Below are positions 1 to 10,940 of a DNA stretch of 64,000 bases, one piece after another. The notes beneath the pieces are model-generated. The model did no database searches and was not told the DNA's origin. It saw only the letters and a program-made list of their open reading frames with translations. The stretch is from the NCBI GenBank assembly GCA_038060895.1, contig JBBTCT010000012.1, positions 159,579-223,578 of the forward strand, read 5' to 3'. The position numbers and the translations under genes are program-made. Numbering within the stretch: position 1 is the stretch's first letter; each line of letters starts with the position of its first letter. Source of the DNA: Planctomycetota bacterium. GTDB lineage: Bacteria > Planctomycetota > MHYJ01 > WSZJ01.

Positions 1-342
1 CTCGAGCTTCCGGAAGATCTCCCGGTGCGCCAAGTCCATCCCTTTGACGAACGCCTCCGCTTCCTTCGGCGCCTGCTTGAGCGCCATGTCGAATGTGTCG
101 AGCGCGGGGAGGAGGTCGAGCAGGAGGCGTTCGACGAGGAAACGCGACTCCTGGTCGCGGTCCCGGACGACGCGCTTCTGGTAGTTGGAGAAATCGGCCT
201 GCACGCGCTGGGCCATGTTGAGGTATTCCTCGACCTTGGCCCGAAGGGCGTCGACATCCGCCTTCGGCAGCGTGACGGATTCGGGAGATGCGGGGGGCTC
301 CCCGGGCGTACCGGCACTCGATGTTTTGTTTTCTTTTGTCAT
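1..342 (-). CDS. grpE: Nucleotide exchange factor GrpE (5' part; runs off window)
   Basis: Manual translation from ATG at 342 (ATGA overlap with dnaJ stop): MTKENK...[51 protein letters not shown], a typical GrpE signature; follows dnaJ. Confidence 0.93.
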   Translation of the reverse strand, partial: MTKENKTSSAGTPGEPPASPESVTLPKADVDALRAKVEEYLNMAQRVQADFSNYQKRVVRDRDQESRFLVERLLLDLLPALDTFDMALKQAPKEAEAFVKGMDLAHREIFRKLE

Positions 343-1454
343 GGTTCGAATATGTCCTTGATCTTGTCCAGGAGGCTCTTCTTCCTCGGTTTCACTTCGA
401 CCTTCTCCGTCTTCGCGAATTCTCTCAACAAATCCTCCTGCTCCTTTGTCAGCGATTTCGGCACTTCGATGACCACCCGCACCACCATGTCCCCTTGCCG
501 CCCTCCCTCGACGTCCGGAAGTCCCTTGCCGCGAATGCGGAAGAGCTGGCCGCTGGGCGTCGAGCGAGGAACCTTGAGCGTGACTTTTTCGTCGAGCGTC
601 GCCACCTCGATTTCGGCGCCCAGCGCCGCCTGCGAAAACGAGATGGGGACTTCGCAGAAGAGGGTGGTTCCTTCCCTCTCGAAAATGGAGTGCGGCTTCA
701 CCGTGACGTCGACGAACAGGTCTCCGCGCCCCCCGCCCGCAAGCGAAGGCTCGCCCTCCCCGGGCACACGAATGCGCGTATTTGTGTCGATTCCGGCCGG
801 AATCGCGACTTTCACTTCGGCCTTCTCGCGCGTCGTTCCTTCGCCGCCGCACGGCTTGCACGGGTCCTTCACGACCTTTCCTGAGCCAGCGCATTTCGGG
901 CAGCTCGTGCGGATCGTGAAGAAGCCGCCTCCCTGGAGCACTTGCCCGTGGCCTCCGCAGAGCGGGCACTGCGACGCCTGCGTCCCCGCTTTCGCCCCCG
1001 TGCCCCTGCAAGTCCCGCAGACTTCGTGACGCTTCATCACGATCGTCCGGTCGCACCCCTTCGCGGCCTCGACGAACTCGATCTCCACTTCGGCCCGCAG
1101 GCTCGCGCCGCGACGCCCGCCGCCGCCGCCGCGCCGGCCGAAGCCGAAAAAGTCGCCGAAGATGTCGCCGAACGCCTCGAAGATGTCCTCGGGCGAGGAG
1201 AAGCCGCGCGACCCGAAGCCGGCCGACTCCAGCCCGGCATGGCCGAACTGGTCGTAGCGCGCACGCTTTTCGGCGTCGGCAAGGACCTCGTACGACTCGG
1301 CCGCTTCCTTGAATCTCGCCTCGGCGTCCTTGTCCCCCGGGTTGCGGTCCGGGTGGAACTTCATCGCCGCCTGGCGGTAGGATTTCTTGATCTCGTCGAG
1401 GGAAGCGTTTTTCGGGACGCCGAGGATTTCGTAGTAGTCCCGTTTGGTGGACAT
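339..1454 (-). CDS. dnaJ: Chaperone DnaJ
   Basis: J-domain with HPD, G/F region, four CxxCxGxG repeats, C-terminal domain. Confidence 0.98.
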   Translation of the reverse strand: MSTKRDYYEILGVPKNASLDEIKKSYRQAAMKFHPDRNPGDKDAEARFKEAAESYEVLADAEKRARYDQFGHAGLESAGFGSRGFSSPEDIFEAFGDIFGDFFGFGRRGGGGGRRGASLRAEVEIEFVEAAKGCDRTIVMKRHEVCGTCRGTGAKAGTQASQCPLCGGHGQVLQGGGFFTIRTSCPKCAGSGKVVKDPCKPCGGEGTTREKAEVKVAIPAGIDTNTRIRVPGEGEPSLAGGGRGDLFVDVTVKPHSIFEREGTTLFCEVPISFSQAALGAEIEVATLDEKVTLKVPRSTPSGQLFRIRGKGLPDVEGGRQGDMVVRVVIEVPKSLTKEQEDLLREFAKTEKVEVKPRKKSLLDKIKDIFEP

Positions 1455-1526
1455 CGTGCCTCGGTGAGAGTCACAGCCGCGACGCCAGGTCTCCAGGGTC
1501 CAGGGTCGAACTCGCCCGCCGGCCGT

Positions 1527-3173
<1,647 letters not shown>

Positions 3174-3197
3174 CTACGGTCGAAAGTCGAAGGTCGA

Positions 3198-3488
3198 CTA
3201 CAGCTCGATCTTCCCGAGGATCTCGTCTTCCTTCATGATCACGTACTCCTGCCCATCGATCTTGACCTCAGTCCCGGCGTACTTGCCGAAGAGGACCTTG
3301 TCGCCCTTGCTGACTCCCATCTTCGCGCGCTCCCCGCTGTCGAGGAGACGCCCGGGGCCGGCGGCGACGATCTCGCCCTTCTGGGACTTTTCCTTCGCGG
3401 TGTCCGGCAGAACGATCCCCCCCTTGGTCTTGCTCTCGGCTTCGATCGGCTTGATGACGACCCGGTTATCCAGCGGCTTGATATTCAT
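3198..3488 (-). CDS. groES: Co-chaperonin GroES
   Basis: IKPLDNRVVI, GGIVLPDTAKEK, KYAGTEVK. Confidence 0.98.
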   Translation of the reverse strand: MNIKPLDNRVVIKPIEAESKTKGGIVLPDTAKEKSQKGEIVAAGPGRLLDSGERAKMGVSKGDKVLFGKYAGTEVKIDGQEYVIMKEDEILGKIEL

Positions 3489-3552
3489 CCCGTCCTCCTG
3501 AGTGTTTTCGTTTTTACTTTTTCGTTTTTGGTTTCGTTACTGCCGTTCTTCG

Positions 3553-5175
3553 CTAGTGGTGATGCCCGTGATGCCCGTGCGCATCGTGGTCATCCTTCTT
3601 CCCCGGCTCGTCCACGATCACGCAGCGCGTCGTCAGGAGCAGACCCGCCACGCTCGCCGCGTTCTGAAGCGCCGCCCGCACGACCTTCGTCGGGTCGATC
3701 ACCCCGCGTTCGATCAGGTCGCAATAATCGCCCTTCTCCGCGTCGTACCCGAAGCTCGCGCCCTTGCCTTCGCGGATCTTCTTCACGGCGATAGACCCGT
3801 CAACGCCCGCGTTCTGGCACAACTGCCGAAGCGGCTTGTCCAGCGCCGCCCGAACGGCCTCCACGCCCTCCTGCTCTTCCTCGTCCATCTTCAGCCCGTC
3901 CAGCGCCCGCGCCGCGCGCACCAGCGCCGTGCCGCCGCCGGGGACGATCCCCTCGGCGATCGCTGCCTTGGTTGCATGCAGCGCATCTTCCGCCCGGCTC
4001 TTGCGCTCCTTCATCTCAGTCTCCGTCGCCGCGCCGACGCGGATCTCCGCGACGCCGCCCACCAGCCTGGCGCGCCGTTCCTCGAGCTTCTCGCGGTCGT
4101 AGTCCGAATCCGTCTCTTCAATTTCGGCATTGATCGCCGCAACGCGCCCCTCGATGTGCTTCTTGTCGCCCTTCCCCTCGAGGATCGTCGTCTCTTCGCT
4201 CGTGATCTTGACCTTCTTCGCGCTCCCGAGCGCGTCGAGGCCAAGCTTTTCCAGGTCGATCCCCAGGTCTTTCATCACGGCCCGCGCCCCGGTCAGCACG
4301 GCGATGTCTTCCATCATCGACTTCCGGCGGTCGCCGTACCCCGGCGCCTTCACGGCGCACACGTTCAGGATTCCGCGCAGCTTGTTCACGACGAGCGTCG
4401 CCAGGACTTCGTTCTCGACGTCCTCGGCGATGATGAGAAGCGGCCGCTTGGACTCGGCGAGCTTCTCGAGAAGAGGAATCAGCTTCGTGACGGTGCCGAT
4501 CTTTTCTTCATGCACGAGAATGTAGGGATTCTCGAGTTCGCAGATTCCCTCGTTCTGGTTCGTGACGAACTGCGGCGAGAGGAACCCGCGGTCGAAGTGC
4601 ATCCCCTGCACGACCTTGACCTCGGTTTCGGTCGTCTTCCCTTCCTCGACCGTGATCACGCCTTTTTCCGCGCCGACCGCTTCGAGCGCGTCGGCGATGT
4701 TCTTCGCCAGGCCCGGGTCTTTGGCTGCGACCGTGGCAACCCGCTCCCAGTCGCGGCGCCCGGAAACCGGCTTCGTCATTTTCGTCAGTTCGGCCATCAC
4801 CGCAGCGGCGGCCGCCGTGATGCCGCGCTGAAGCGCCATCGGGTCGGCGCCGGCGGTTACCCGCTTCACGCCCTCGTTGAAGATCGCCTCGGTCAGCACC
4901 GCGGAGGTCGTGGTTCCGTCGCCCGCATCGTCGCCGGTCTTGCTGGCGGCCTGTTTGACCATCTGGGCGCCGATGTTTTCGTAAGGGTCGCCGAGTTCGA
5001 TTTCGTCGGCCACGGCCGCGCCGTCGTCGAGCACGTTCGGGGCGCCCCATCCGCGGTCGAGCACGACCGGGTTCCCGCGGGGGCCGAGCGTGGTCTTGAT
5101 CGCGCGGGTCATTTTCTCCACACCGCGCTGGAGGGCTTCGCGGGCGTCGGCGTCGAACCTGAGCTGTTTAGCCAT
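3553..5175 (-). CDS. groEL: Chaperonin GroEL (paralog with His-rich tail)
   Basis: GDGTTT, GMHFDRG, KAPGYGDRRK, EGIVPGGG; ends HDAHGHHGHHH. Confidence 0.97.
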   Translation of the reverse strand: MAKQLRFDADAREALQRGVEKMTRAIKTTLGPRGNPVVLDRGWGAPNVLDDGAAVADEIELGDPYENIGAQMVKQAASKTGDDAGDGTTTSAVLTEAIFNEGVKRVTAGADPMALQRGITAAAAAVMAELTKMTKPVSGRRDWERVATVAAKDPGLAKNIADALEAVGAEKGVITVEEGKTTETEVKVVQGMHFDRGFLSPQFVTNQNEGICELENPYILVHEEKIGTVTKLIPLLEKLAESKRPLLIIAEDVENEVLATLVVNKLRGILNVCAVKAPGYGDRRKSMMEDIAVLTGARAVMKDLGIDLEKLGLDALGSAKKVKITSEETTILEGKGDKKHIEGRVAAINAEIEETDSDYDREKLEERRARLVGGVAEIRVGAATETEMKERKSRAEDALHATKAAIAEGIVPGGGTALVRAARALDGLKMDEEEQEGVEAVRAALDKPLRQLCQNAGVDGSIAVKKIREGKGASFGYDAEKGDYCDLIERGVIDPTKVVRAALQNAASVAGLLLTTRCVIVDEPGKKDDHDAHGHHGHHH

Positions 5176-5226
5176 CGGGTGTTGCTCCGGTTACTGTGAA
5201 TAGACTTTGGGAGGCACGGAGAGGGA

Positions 5227-5342
5227 AAGCAAACCCTGTGCCCCCGGGACCCGATTCCAGGCCGAGGGGAAGGCAATGGCGCGAAAGGACTTGCGGCGTT
5301 CCGGGGACCGGGCGAAAGCCCGGCTTTGCTGCCAGACTGACA
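5227..5342 (-). promoter_or_regulatory. Putative sigma54 (-24/-12) promoter plus upstream activator site for the chaperone operon
   Basis: Minus strand GGGCACAGGGTTTGCTT (GG-N10-GC, 5227-5243); imperfect palindrome TGCCAgacTGACA at 5330-5342. Confidence 0.6.
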
Positions 5343-5398
5343 GCGCTCGCTTCGAGAGGCAGTCCCCCATCCCACTGGCTTTGGCCCGGACCTTTCAA

Positions 5399-5426
5399 TT
5401 GACTCCCCCGCATTCCCCCCTATAAT
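5399..5426 (+). promoter_or_regulatory. sigma70-type promoter
   Basis: TTGACT-16 nt-TATAAT upstream of the gene at 5510, which has an AAGGAG RBS. Confidence 0.75.
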
Positions 5427-5509
5427 CCCGCGTCTCGGAACCTGGGAGGGTTTCCGTTGCTTCAAATCCACTAAAGCCGCGCCACCAATATTCTTAAGGA
5501 GTCGTGTAG

Positions 5510-6049
5510 ATGGCCGACGCAACTGCCGGAATCGGCGACAAAGTCAAGAAAGGTTGGGAGCTTGTTAAACCCAATATCCTCGTCTGGGTGATCGCCCTCA
5601 TCGTGGGCGGTCTGATGAATTACGTCCTCCTCGGCGGCGTCGCGCTCGCCGGCTGGACCCTGATGATCCAGAAGTCGCGCGCGGGCGAGAAAATCGAAGT
5701 CGGCGACATGTTCAAGGCCTTCGATCGCTTCGTCGATTACTTCGTCACGGGCCTCGTCTGCTCGCTGCCTTTCGGCCTGCTCCTTCCCTGGGGCATCTTT
5801 TACTGCGTCGACAAGAAGGCCGACTTCATGACGTCGATCAAGTGGAGCCTTTCGTTCTTCCTCAAGAACCTCGTCCCCTGCTTGATCAACATCGTGATCT
5901 GCATCGTCCTGATCATCTGCGGCGAACTCGCCTGCTGCGTCGGCGTGTTCATCACCGCGCCGATCGCGCTCTTCGTGTCGCACATGCTGTACACGGAGCT
6001 CGAAGGCAACACGGCGGCCGGCGAAGCGCCGGCAGCACCCAAGGTCTAG
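5510..6049 (+). CDS. Integral membrane protein (DUF975/DUF2189-like)
   Basis: Several TM segments, GWEL...GDMFKAF pattern, C-terminal LACCVGVFITAPI; own promoter, RBS and terminator. Confidence 0.75.
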   Translation: MADATAGIGDKVKKGWELVKPNILVWVIALIVGGLMNYVLLGGVALAGWTLMIQKSRAGEKIEVGDMFKAFDRFVDYFVTGLVCSLPFGLLLPWGIFYCVDKKADFMTSIKWSLSFFLKNLVPCLINIVICIVLIICGELACCVGVFITAPIALFVSHMLYTELEGNTAAGEAPAAPKV

Positions 6050-6070
6050 CGCTCATCGTTAGAAACTGCG

Positions 6071-6103
6071 CGGGGGAGGCTTCGGCCTCCCCCGTTTTTT
6101 TTT
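6071..6103 (+). terminator. Rho-independent terminator
   Basis: CGGGGGAGGC-TTCG-GCCTCCCCCG followed by T9. Confidence 0.9.
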
Positions 6104-6171
6104 GCGCCGTGCGCGGCGAAGGCGGGTGACAGGGGAGCCATCGGTGCCGGCGGTGTCGCTATACTCGCGCC

Positions 6172-8445
6172 ATGCGGTTCCTCGCCACCTTCGCCCTTGC
6201 CCTCGCCATGGCCCACTCGTCCTCCGCCGGGACCCTGCGCGCCGGCTTCGCAAAGGAAGACCTCACGCCCGACCGCAACGTCCCGTTGGCCGGGTACGGC
6301 GCGCGCAAGGGCGCTCTCTCGACGGGAGTCCACGACAAGGTCTGGGCTCGAGCGGCGGTCTTCGAGAGCGAAGATCACAAGGCCGCGATCCTCTCGGTGG
6401 ACATGGTCGGCGTCTCCGGCGAAGTGCGGGAGAAGCTCGTCGAGGGCGTCTGCAAGGACCTCGACATCGCTTCGCACAACATCCTTTTCTGCGCGACCCA
6501 CAACCACTCCGGTCCCGGCGCCCTCTCCCGCAATCCGCTGATCCAGGCGGCCGCGGGGAAGTTCGATGAAGCGCTCTTCAACGACATTCTCGCCCGGCTC
6601 GAAAGGTGCATCCGGGCGGCGGATGCAAGGCTTGCGCCTGCGACGCTGGCCGTCGGCCGCGCGACCTTCGCGGATCTGTCACGCAACCGTGCGGTTCCCG
6701 GCGGCCCCGTCGATGCCGACGGCGCGGTCGCGATCGCGCGCGGTGCTGACGGAAAAGTGCTCGGGACGATCGTGGATTTCGCGGCGCACGGGACCGTGCT
6801 GGGCGCGGAGAACATGCTCGTCAGCGGCGACTGGCCCGGCGCGATGAGCGCGGCGCTTGAACGGAGGTGGGAAGGATCGGTCGCGTTGTTCCTGGCCGGA
6901 GCGGAAGGCGATCAGTCTCCCGCGACTCCGGAGGGAAAGGACGACTGGGAGCGGGCGGAAAAGATGGGTGGGGCGGTTGCGGAGGCCGCGGCGGCGGCGA
7001 TCGCGAAACTCGGGAATGGCACCGACGACGCCGTGGTCCGCGGCCACGCCCAGGATTTCGACATGCCGCCGACGGCGTTCCAGGGCGAGTGGCCGACGCA
7101 CACGACGGTGCAGGTCTTCGACCTCGGGCCCCTGCGCCTGTTCTGCTTCCCGGGCGAGCCGTGCGTTGCCGTCGGCCGCGCGGCAACCGCGCTCTGCACC
7201 GACAAAGACCGGGTCGCCGCCGTGGTCGCCTGCGCCAACGAACACCTCGGCTACTTCGTCCCCGAAGACTATTACTTCGCCGGTGGTTACGAATCGACGC
7301 TCTGCTTCCTCGGCCCGCGCTGCGGAGACTGGTTCGTCGCGCGCTTCCGCGAGCTGCTCGAACTGAAGACAGAAGCGCCCCCGGTCCCTAACGTCCGGAC
7401 CGAAGTCCTTGGCCGCTTCAAGAAGGTCGTCGCCCGGGGAACGCCGTACGAAATTGGCCTGGGCCACGGCCGCGCGCTGACGCAGGAGATTCGCACGCAC
7501 GGCGACTTCTGGCGCGACCAGCTGACCGGCATGGCCGGTGTTCTGCCGATCCGCACCATGCTTCCCTTCCCCGATTCCGTCGATCCCGCGCCGCTCCTCT
7601 ACCCGCTCCTCGCCATCCGCTGCCGCCTCCTCCTGCGTGAGTGCGAGCCCGCTCTTCTCGAGGAAATGCGCGGCATCGCGGACGGCGCGGGCGTCGCGTT
7701 CGACGAGATCGTCTTCCTTAATACGTGGCTGGCCGTCGCGGACCAGACCGACCCGACGGCTCTTTTCAGGCTGAAGCCCGGTTGCGCGACCGCCGCATCC
7801 GGAAAGTGGCTCGCGCACAACGCCGACTGGCCTCCGCAGAAGGAATTCCCTGACGTTGCGGCGCTCATCGTTGCGATTCCGAAGGACGGCCGGGCGGTCG
7901 CCATGATGACCCTCGCCGGCTGCGTCGGCGCGCCGTCCGCCATGAACGCCGACGGCGTCGCGTGCGCCGTGGACTCGCTCCCGGCGCCTGACGACACCGG
8001 GCTCGAGGGAACTCCGGTGTGGCTTTCCGTCCGGGCGGCGCTTCAGTTCAATCGCGTGGCCCCGGACGTCGCCGAAGCGATTGAGCTGGCGCCCGGCACC
8101 GCGGGATACCTCATCACGATCAAGGACCCGGAAGAGACGATCCGGCTGGAAGTTTCCGCAACGCACAGCGAGCGGGACTCCGCCGAGCCGCGGCCCGCCC
8201 CGAAGAAGGACCGGAAGCGCCGCGAGGCCGTGGAGGCGTTCCTGAAGGACAACGCGACGCCCAAGGGAAGCGAGCTGCGGGATCTCTTTGGCGATCGGGA
8301 AAAGGGCGTTCTCTCGCCCTCAACCCGGATGAGCGTCGTCATGGACGTCGAAAAGAAGCGATGGTGGGTCGCCGCGGGGCCGGGAAGTGAGATTGATGTG
8401 GAGAAGTTCGTGGAAGTTGACTTGAAAGCGGTGCTGGCGAAGTGA
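6172..8445 (+). CDS. Secreted neutral/alkaline ceramidase-like domain fused to C45 (Ntn-hydrolase) peptidase domain
   Basis: Signal peptide; PLAGY, GVHD, ATHNHSGP, FAAHGT, GAEGDQSP, PGEP, GGYE motifs; then EMRGIADGAG...GC(ATAAS)...AHNADW. Confidence 0.75.
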   Translation: MRFLATFALALAMAHSSSAGTLRAGFAKEDLTPDRNVPLAGYGARKGALSTGVHDKVWARAAVFESEDHKAAILSVDMVGVSGEVREKLVEGVCKDLDIASHNILFCATHNHSGPGALSRNPLIQAAAGKFDEALFNDILARLERCIRAADARLAPATLAVGRATFADLSRNRAVPGGPVDADGAVAIARGADGKVLGTIVDFAAHGTVLGAENMLVSGDWPGAMSAALERRWEGSVALFLAGAEGDQSPATPEGKDDWERAEKMGGAVAEAAAAAIAKLGNGTDDAVVRGHAQDFDMPPTAFQGEWPTHTTVQVFDLGPLRLFCFPGEPCVAVGRAATALCTDKDRVAAVVACANEHLGYFVPEDYYFAGGYESTLCFLGPRCGDWFVARFRELLELKTEAPPVPNVRTEVLGRFKKVVARGTPYEIGLGHGRALTQEIRTHGDFWRDQLTGMAGVLPIRTMLPFPDSVDPAPLLYPLLAIRCRLLLRECEPALLEEMRGIADGAGVAFDEIVFLNTWLAVADQTDPTALFRLKPGCATAASGKWLAHNADWPPQKEFPDVAALIVAIPKDGRAVAMMTLAGCVGAPSAMNADGVACAVDSLPAPDDTGLEGTPVWLSVRAALQFNRVAPDVAEAIELAPGTAGYLITIKDPEETIRLEVSATHSERDSAEPRPAPKKDRKRREAVEAFLKDNATPKGSELRDLFGDREKGVLSPSTRMSVVMDVEKKRWWVAAGPGSEIDVEKFVEVDLKAVLAK

Positions 8446-8483
8446 GTTGACGGTTAGTAGTTGTTAGAGAGTCTGGTGTTCCC

Positions 8484-8642
8484 GGTTCCGGAAGTTGAGT
8501 TCCGGGATCCGGGTTCCGCGTTCCGGGTCCGTTCGGAGTTCCGGGTCCGGTGTTCTGCCGCGGGCCCGGGACGACTCAACTCTCAACGCCCAACCCCACC
8601 CGGAACTCGGAACCCGGATCTCGGAACTCAACTTCCGGAACC
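8484..8642. repeat. Long inverted repeat (45-bp arms) built from GTTCCGG-like heptamers
   Basis: 8484-8528 vs 8598-8642 reverse-complementary with 2 mismatches; lies between convergent genes. Confidence 0.85.
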
Positions 8643-8687
8643 ACGAACTCCGAACTCCCTGACAACACCGAACTCCCAACCCGCAAC

Positions 8688-9230
8688 TCACCCGCGAAGT
8701 TCGCTCTTCCTGAATATCGAGGCGAGCTTCACTCCCATTTTCTCCAGCGTCTCTTTCCCGCCTTCCTCGCGGTCAACCAGCGCCACCGCGAGGATCACTT
8801 CGGCGCCGGCTTCCTCTCTCAGTCTCTCGATGGCGGTCACCGTCGAACCCCCTGTTGTGACGACGTCGTCCACCACGACCACGCGCGCCCCCGGCGGCAA
8901 CTCGGGCCCTTCGATCGATTTCTTCGCCCCGTGAGCCTTAGCCTCCTTGCGCACGATGAACGCATTGATCGGCGCGCCTTCGCGGGCGCTCTCGATCGCG
9001 ACTCCGGCTGCGATCGGGTCCGCGCCCAGCGTCAGGCCGCCGACGGCGTGCGGCTTGAGGGGCCGGATGAGCTCGAGCATGGCCCGCGCGGTCAGGAGCA
9101 GCCCGCGCGCGTTGAGGGTGACGAGCCGGCAATCGATGTAGAAGTCCGACTTCTTGCCCGACGAGAGGGTGAAGTCCCCGAACTTGACGACCGACTTCAC
9201 GATGTACAGCAGTTCCTCGCGATCGTTCAT
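8688..9230 (-). CDS. pyrE: Orotate phosphoribosyltransferase
   Basis: GDFTLSSGKKSDFYIDCR, VRKEAKAHG, VVVDDVVTTGGS PRPP motif; start set at MNDREE with GGAGG-like RBS. Confidence 0.96.
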   Translation of the reverse strand: MNDREELLYIVKSVVKFGDFTLSSGKKSDFYIDCRLVTLNARGLLLTARAMLELIRPLKPHAVGGLTLGADPIAAGVAIESAREGAPINAFIVRKEAKAHGAKKSIEGPELPPGARVVVVDDVVTTGGSTVTAIERLREEAGAEVILAVALVDREEGGKETLEKMGVKLASIFRKSELRG

Positions 9231-9288
9231 GCCGCCGCCTCGAAATTCGTGAAGTGTGCCGTCGCGCGCGAGAGAGCTGCGCCGCCGA

Positions 9289-9615
9289 TCAGAAAAACCG
9301 TCCCTTGCCGAACTTGTACGCCACGAACGCCGCGATCGCGAGGATCGCGAAGATGACGAGCTTCTTGATGATCGCGTCAACCCCGCCGCCGCCTCCGCCG
9401 CCCTTCTTTCGCGGCGGCGCTGCCGGGGCGCCCTGTCCACCGCCCGACGCATGGGAAGGCGGCGCCGGCGCTTCGTCTTCGCCTCCGCCGCCGCCGGAAG
9501 GGTCCGGGATCTCCTGCGTGTAATGACACCCAGTGCACTGGACCATCTTGCCCGCCCGGGTGAAGTTCGCCTCGATGTCCCTCGCGCACCTCTTGCACCT
9601 GAATGTGACGCGCAT
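9289..9615 (-). CDS. Small zinc-ribbon protein with C-terminal TM helix
   Basis: FRCKRC...GKMVQCTGC, G/P linker, hydrophobic tail. Confidence 0.75.
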   Translation of the reverse strand: MRVTFRCKRCARDIEANFTRAGKMVQCTGCHYTQEIPDPSGGGGGEDEAPAPPSHASGGGQGAPAAPPRKKGGGGGGGVDAIIKKLVIFAILAIAAFVAYKFGKGRFF

Positions 9616-9681
9616 GGCTCGCCTCCTCGATGCTGCCGCGATTATTGGAGCAGCGAGGCCCCCCGCGTGTCAAATCCCGGG

Positions 9682-10389
9682 TCAGTCGAGCACGTCCTCG
9701 CGCATGCGCTTCCGGATGAACCACTCCACTTTGTCCTCCGTGGTGCCGAATTCCGAAGCGAGGATGGCGATGATGAGGCGGTGGCGCTCCTTGACGGGAA
9801 GTGACGACCGGTGAATGCCGGCGACGAGTTCGCGATTCGCGTCCGCGCGATCCAGGAACTTGAGAAAAAGCGCCGGGTGGTAGTTCGCCGAGTCCTCGAA
9901 TTCCTTCTTCATGCCGCTTCCAGCCCACGCATAGGGCAGCCGTCCGCTCGGATCGCAGAGGAGGGCGTTGACGAAGCCGAGCTTTGAGAACGGCCAGGCG
10001 TCGTATCCCCATTGCCAGGGAGCGAGGGCCGGTGCGTTCTCAGGCCAGCCCGCATCGGTGAGGTTGATCGTGACGGGAACATAATCGGTATTCAGCCGGG
10101 CGATAACGGCCTCGTCGGAGAGCACACGGCTCCTGAGCAGGCGGCCGCCGAGTCAGCAGTATTCGGCGTTCTTTTCCGCGTCCTTGTTCACGACGAGCAT
10201 CACAAAGATTGGCTTGCCCGACCGTATCGCTTCGATGCGAGCCGACTGGAATGACGGATGCCAGTCGACCTGTTCCCAGAGTCTCTGCGATTCGTTTGCG
10301 AGCGAAGCGTCGACAACGCGCTGCTCCTCTGGCGTAAGCCCGCAGCCCGCAAGGAGAGGAAGCAGCAATGCGAACAGGAGTCGATTCAT
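9682..10389 (-). CDS. Putative selenocysteine-containing thioredoxin-fold lipoprotein (SelN-like CU motif), 235 aa, Sec79
   Basis: ORFs 10153-10389 and 9682-10125 are in frame, separated only by TGA at 10153-10155; reads EYC-U-LGGRLLRSRVLSDEAV; LAGC lipobox; AGGAG RBS. Confidence 0.8.
10105..10149 (-). promoter_or_regulatory. Putative bacterial SECIS element
   Basis: GGCGGC/GCCGUU lower stem, CUC/GAG, GGAGC-CGUGU-GCUCU apical hairpin; loop GU at +26/+27 after UGA. Confidence 0.6.
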
Positions 10390-10460
10390 GAAGTGCTCCT
10401 AAACCTGATTTGCGCTGATCATTCCGCCTGCTATTGCGCGTTGCCGTCCGAGCAGTCTGC

Positions 10461-10650
10461 CTTTTTCCGGCTTTTCCGGTGGGAAAGTCGGGGTGTGGGG
10501 CGGGCGGAGGCGGGCGCCGTCGATCGTTTTCGGTTTAGGTCGCGGGAGGTCTCCCCCGCGGAGACGGCACCCTCCCCTCCGAACAACGGCGGCGCCCGTC
10601 GTAGCCCGCCCCGCGCCCCGACTTTCCCACCGGAAAAGCCACCGGAAAAG
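10461..10650. repeat. ~190-nt long hairpin/palindromic element
   Basis: 10469-10505 pairs with 10604-10640 (2 G:T pairs); inner CGGGCGCCGTCG/CGGCGGCGCCCG stem. Confidence 0.8.
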
Positions 10651-10823
10651 CGAGCAGCCCACCAAGCGCAGGGGGTTGACACTTGGTGAGCTGCCGCTCC
10701 AGGTTGGGCACACGCCCTGGGCCAAGCCACACGCTTGACCCCTGTAAGTTTTGAAGTGATTCGGTCTCCGAGTTGAGGGAAGGCTCATTTCGAGGACGAG
10801 TATGGTGCGCGTTTCGACTTCGA
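10645..10823 (-). ncRNA. Candidate sigma54-dependent small RNA or leader
   Basis: Bounded by a sigma54 motif and a strand-specific terminator-like hairpin (10654-10694) followed by UCGCUUUU; no convincing ORF/RBS. Confidence 0.35.
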
Positions 10824-10832
10824 AGAGGCTTA

Positions 10833-10940
10833 TCGCAAGAGGAGTGCCGGATGCAGAAACTCGTAAGTTATTAATACAAAACAACTTGCATACTTGTTGA
10901 GAAGTGGCTGTTTGTCCCAATTTCGGGACAACGGGGGACA
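10833..10940 (-). promoter_or_regulatory. Putative sigma54 promoter with IHF-like AT tract and palindromic enhancer
   Basis: Minus CCGGCACTCCTCTTGCG (GG-N10-GC); AT-rich GTAAGTTATTAATACAAAACAACTTGC 10863-10889; TTGTCCC-N6-GGGACAA 10912-10931. Confidence 0.65.

Noticed and set aside
5338-5365. CIRCE-like inverted repeat upstream of groEL
   Set aside because: CAGCGCTC-5 nt-GAGAGGCAG has the wrong spacer and a poor match to TTAGCACTC-N9-GAGTGCTAA
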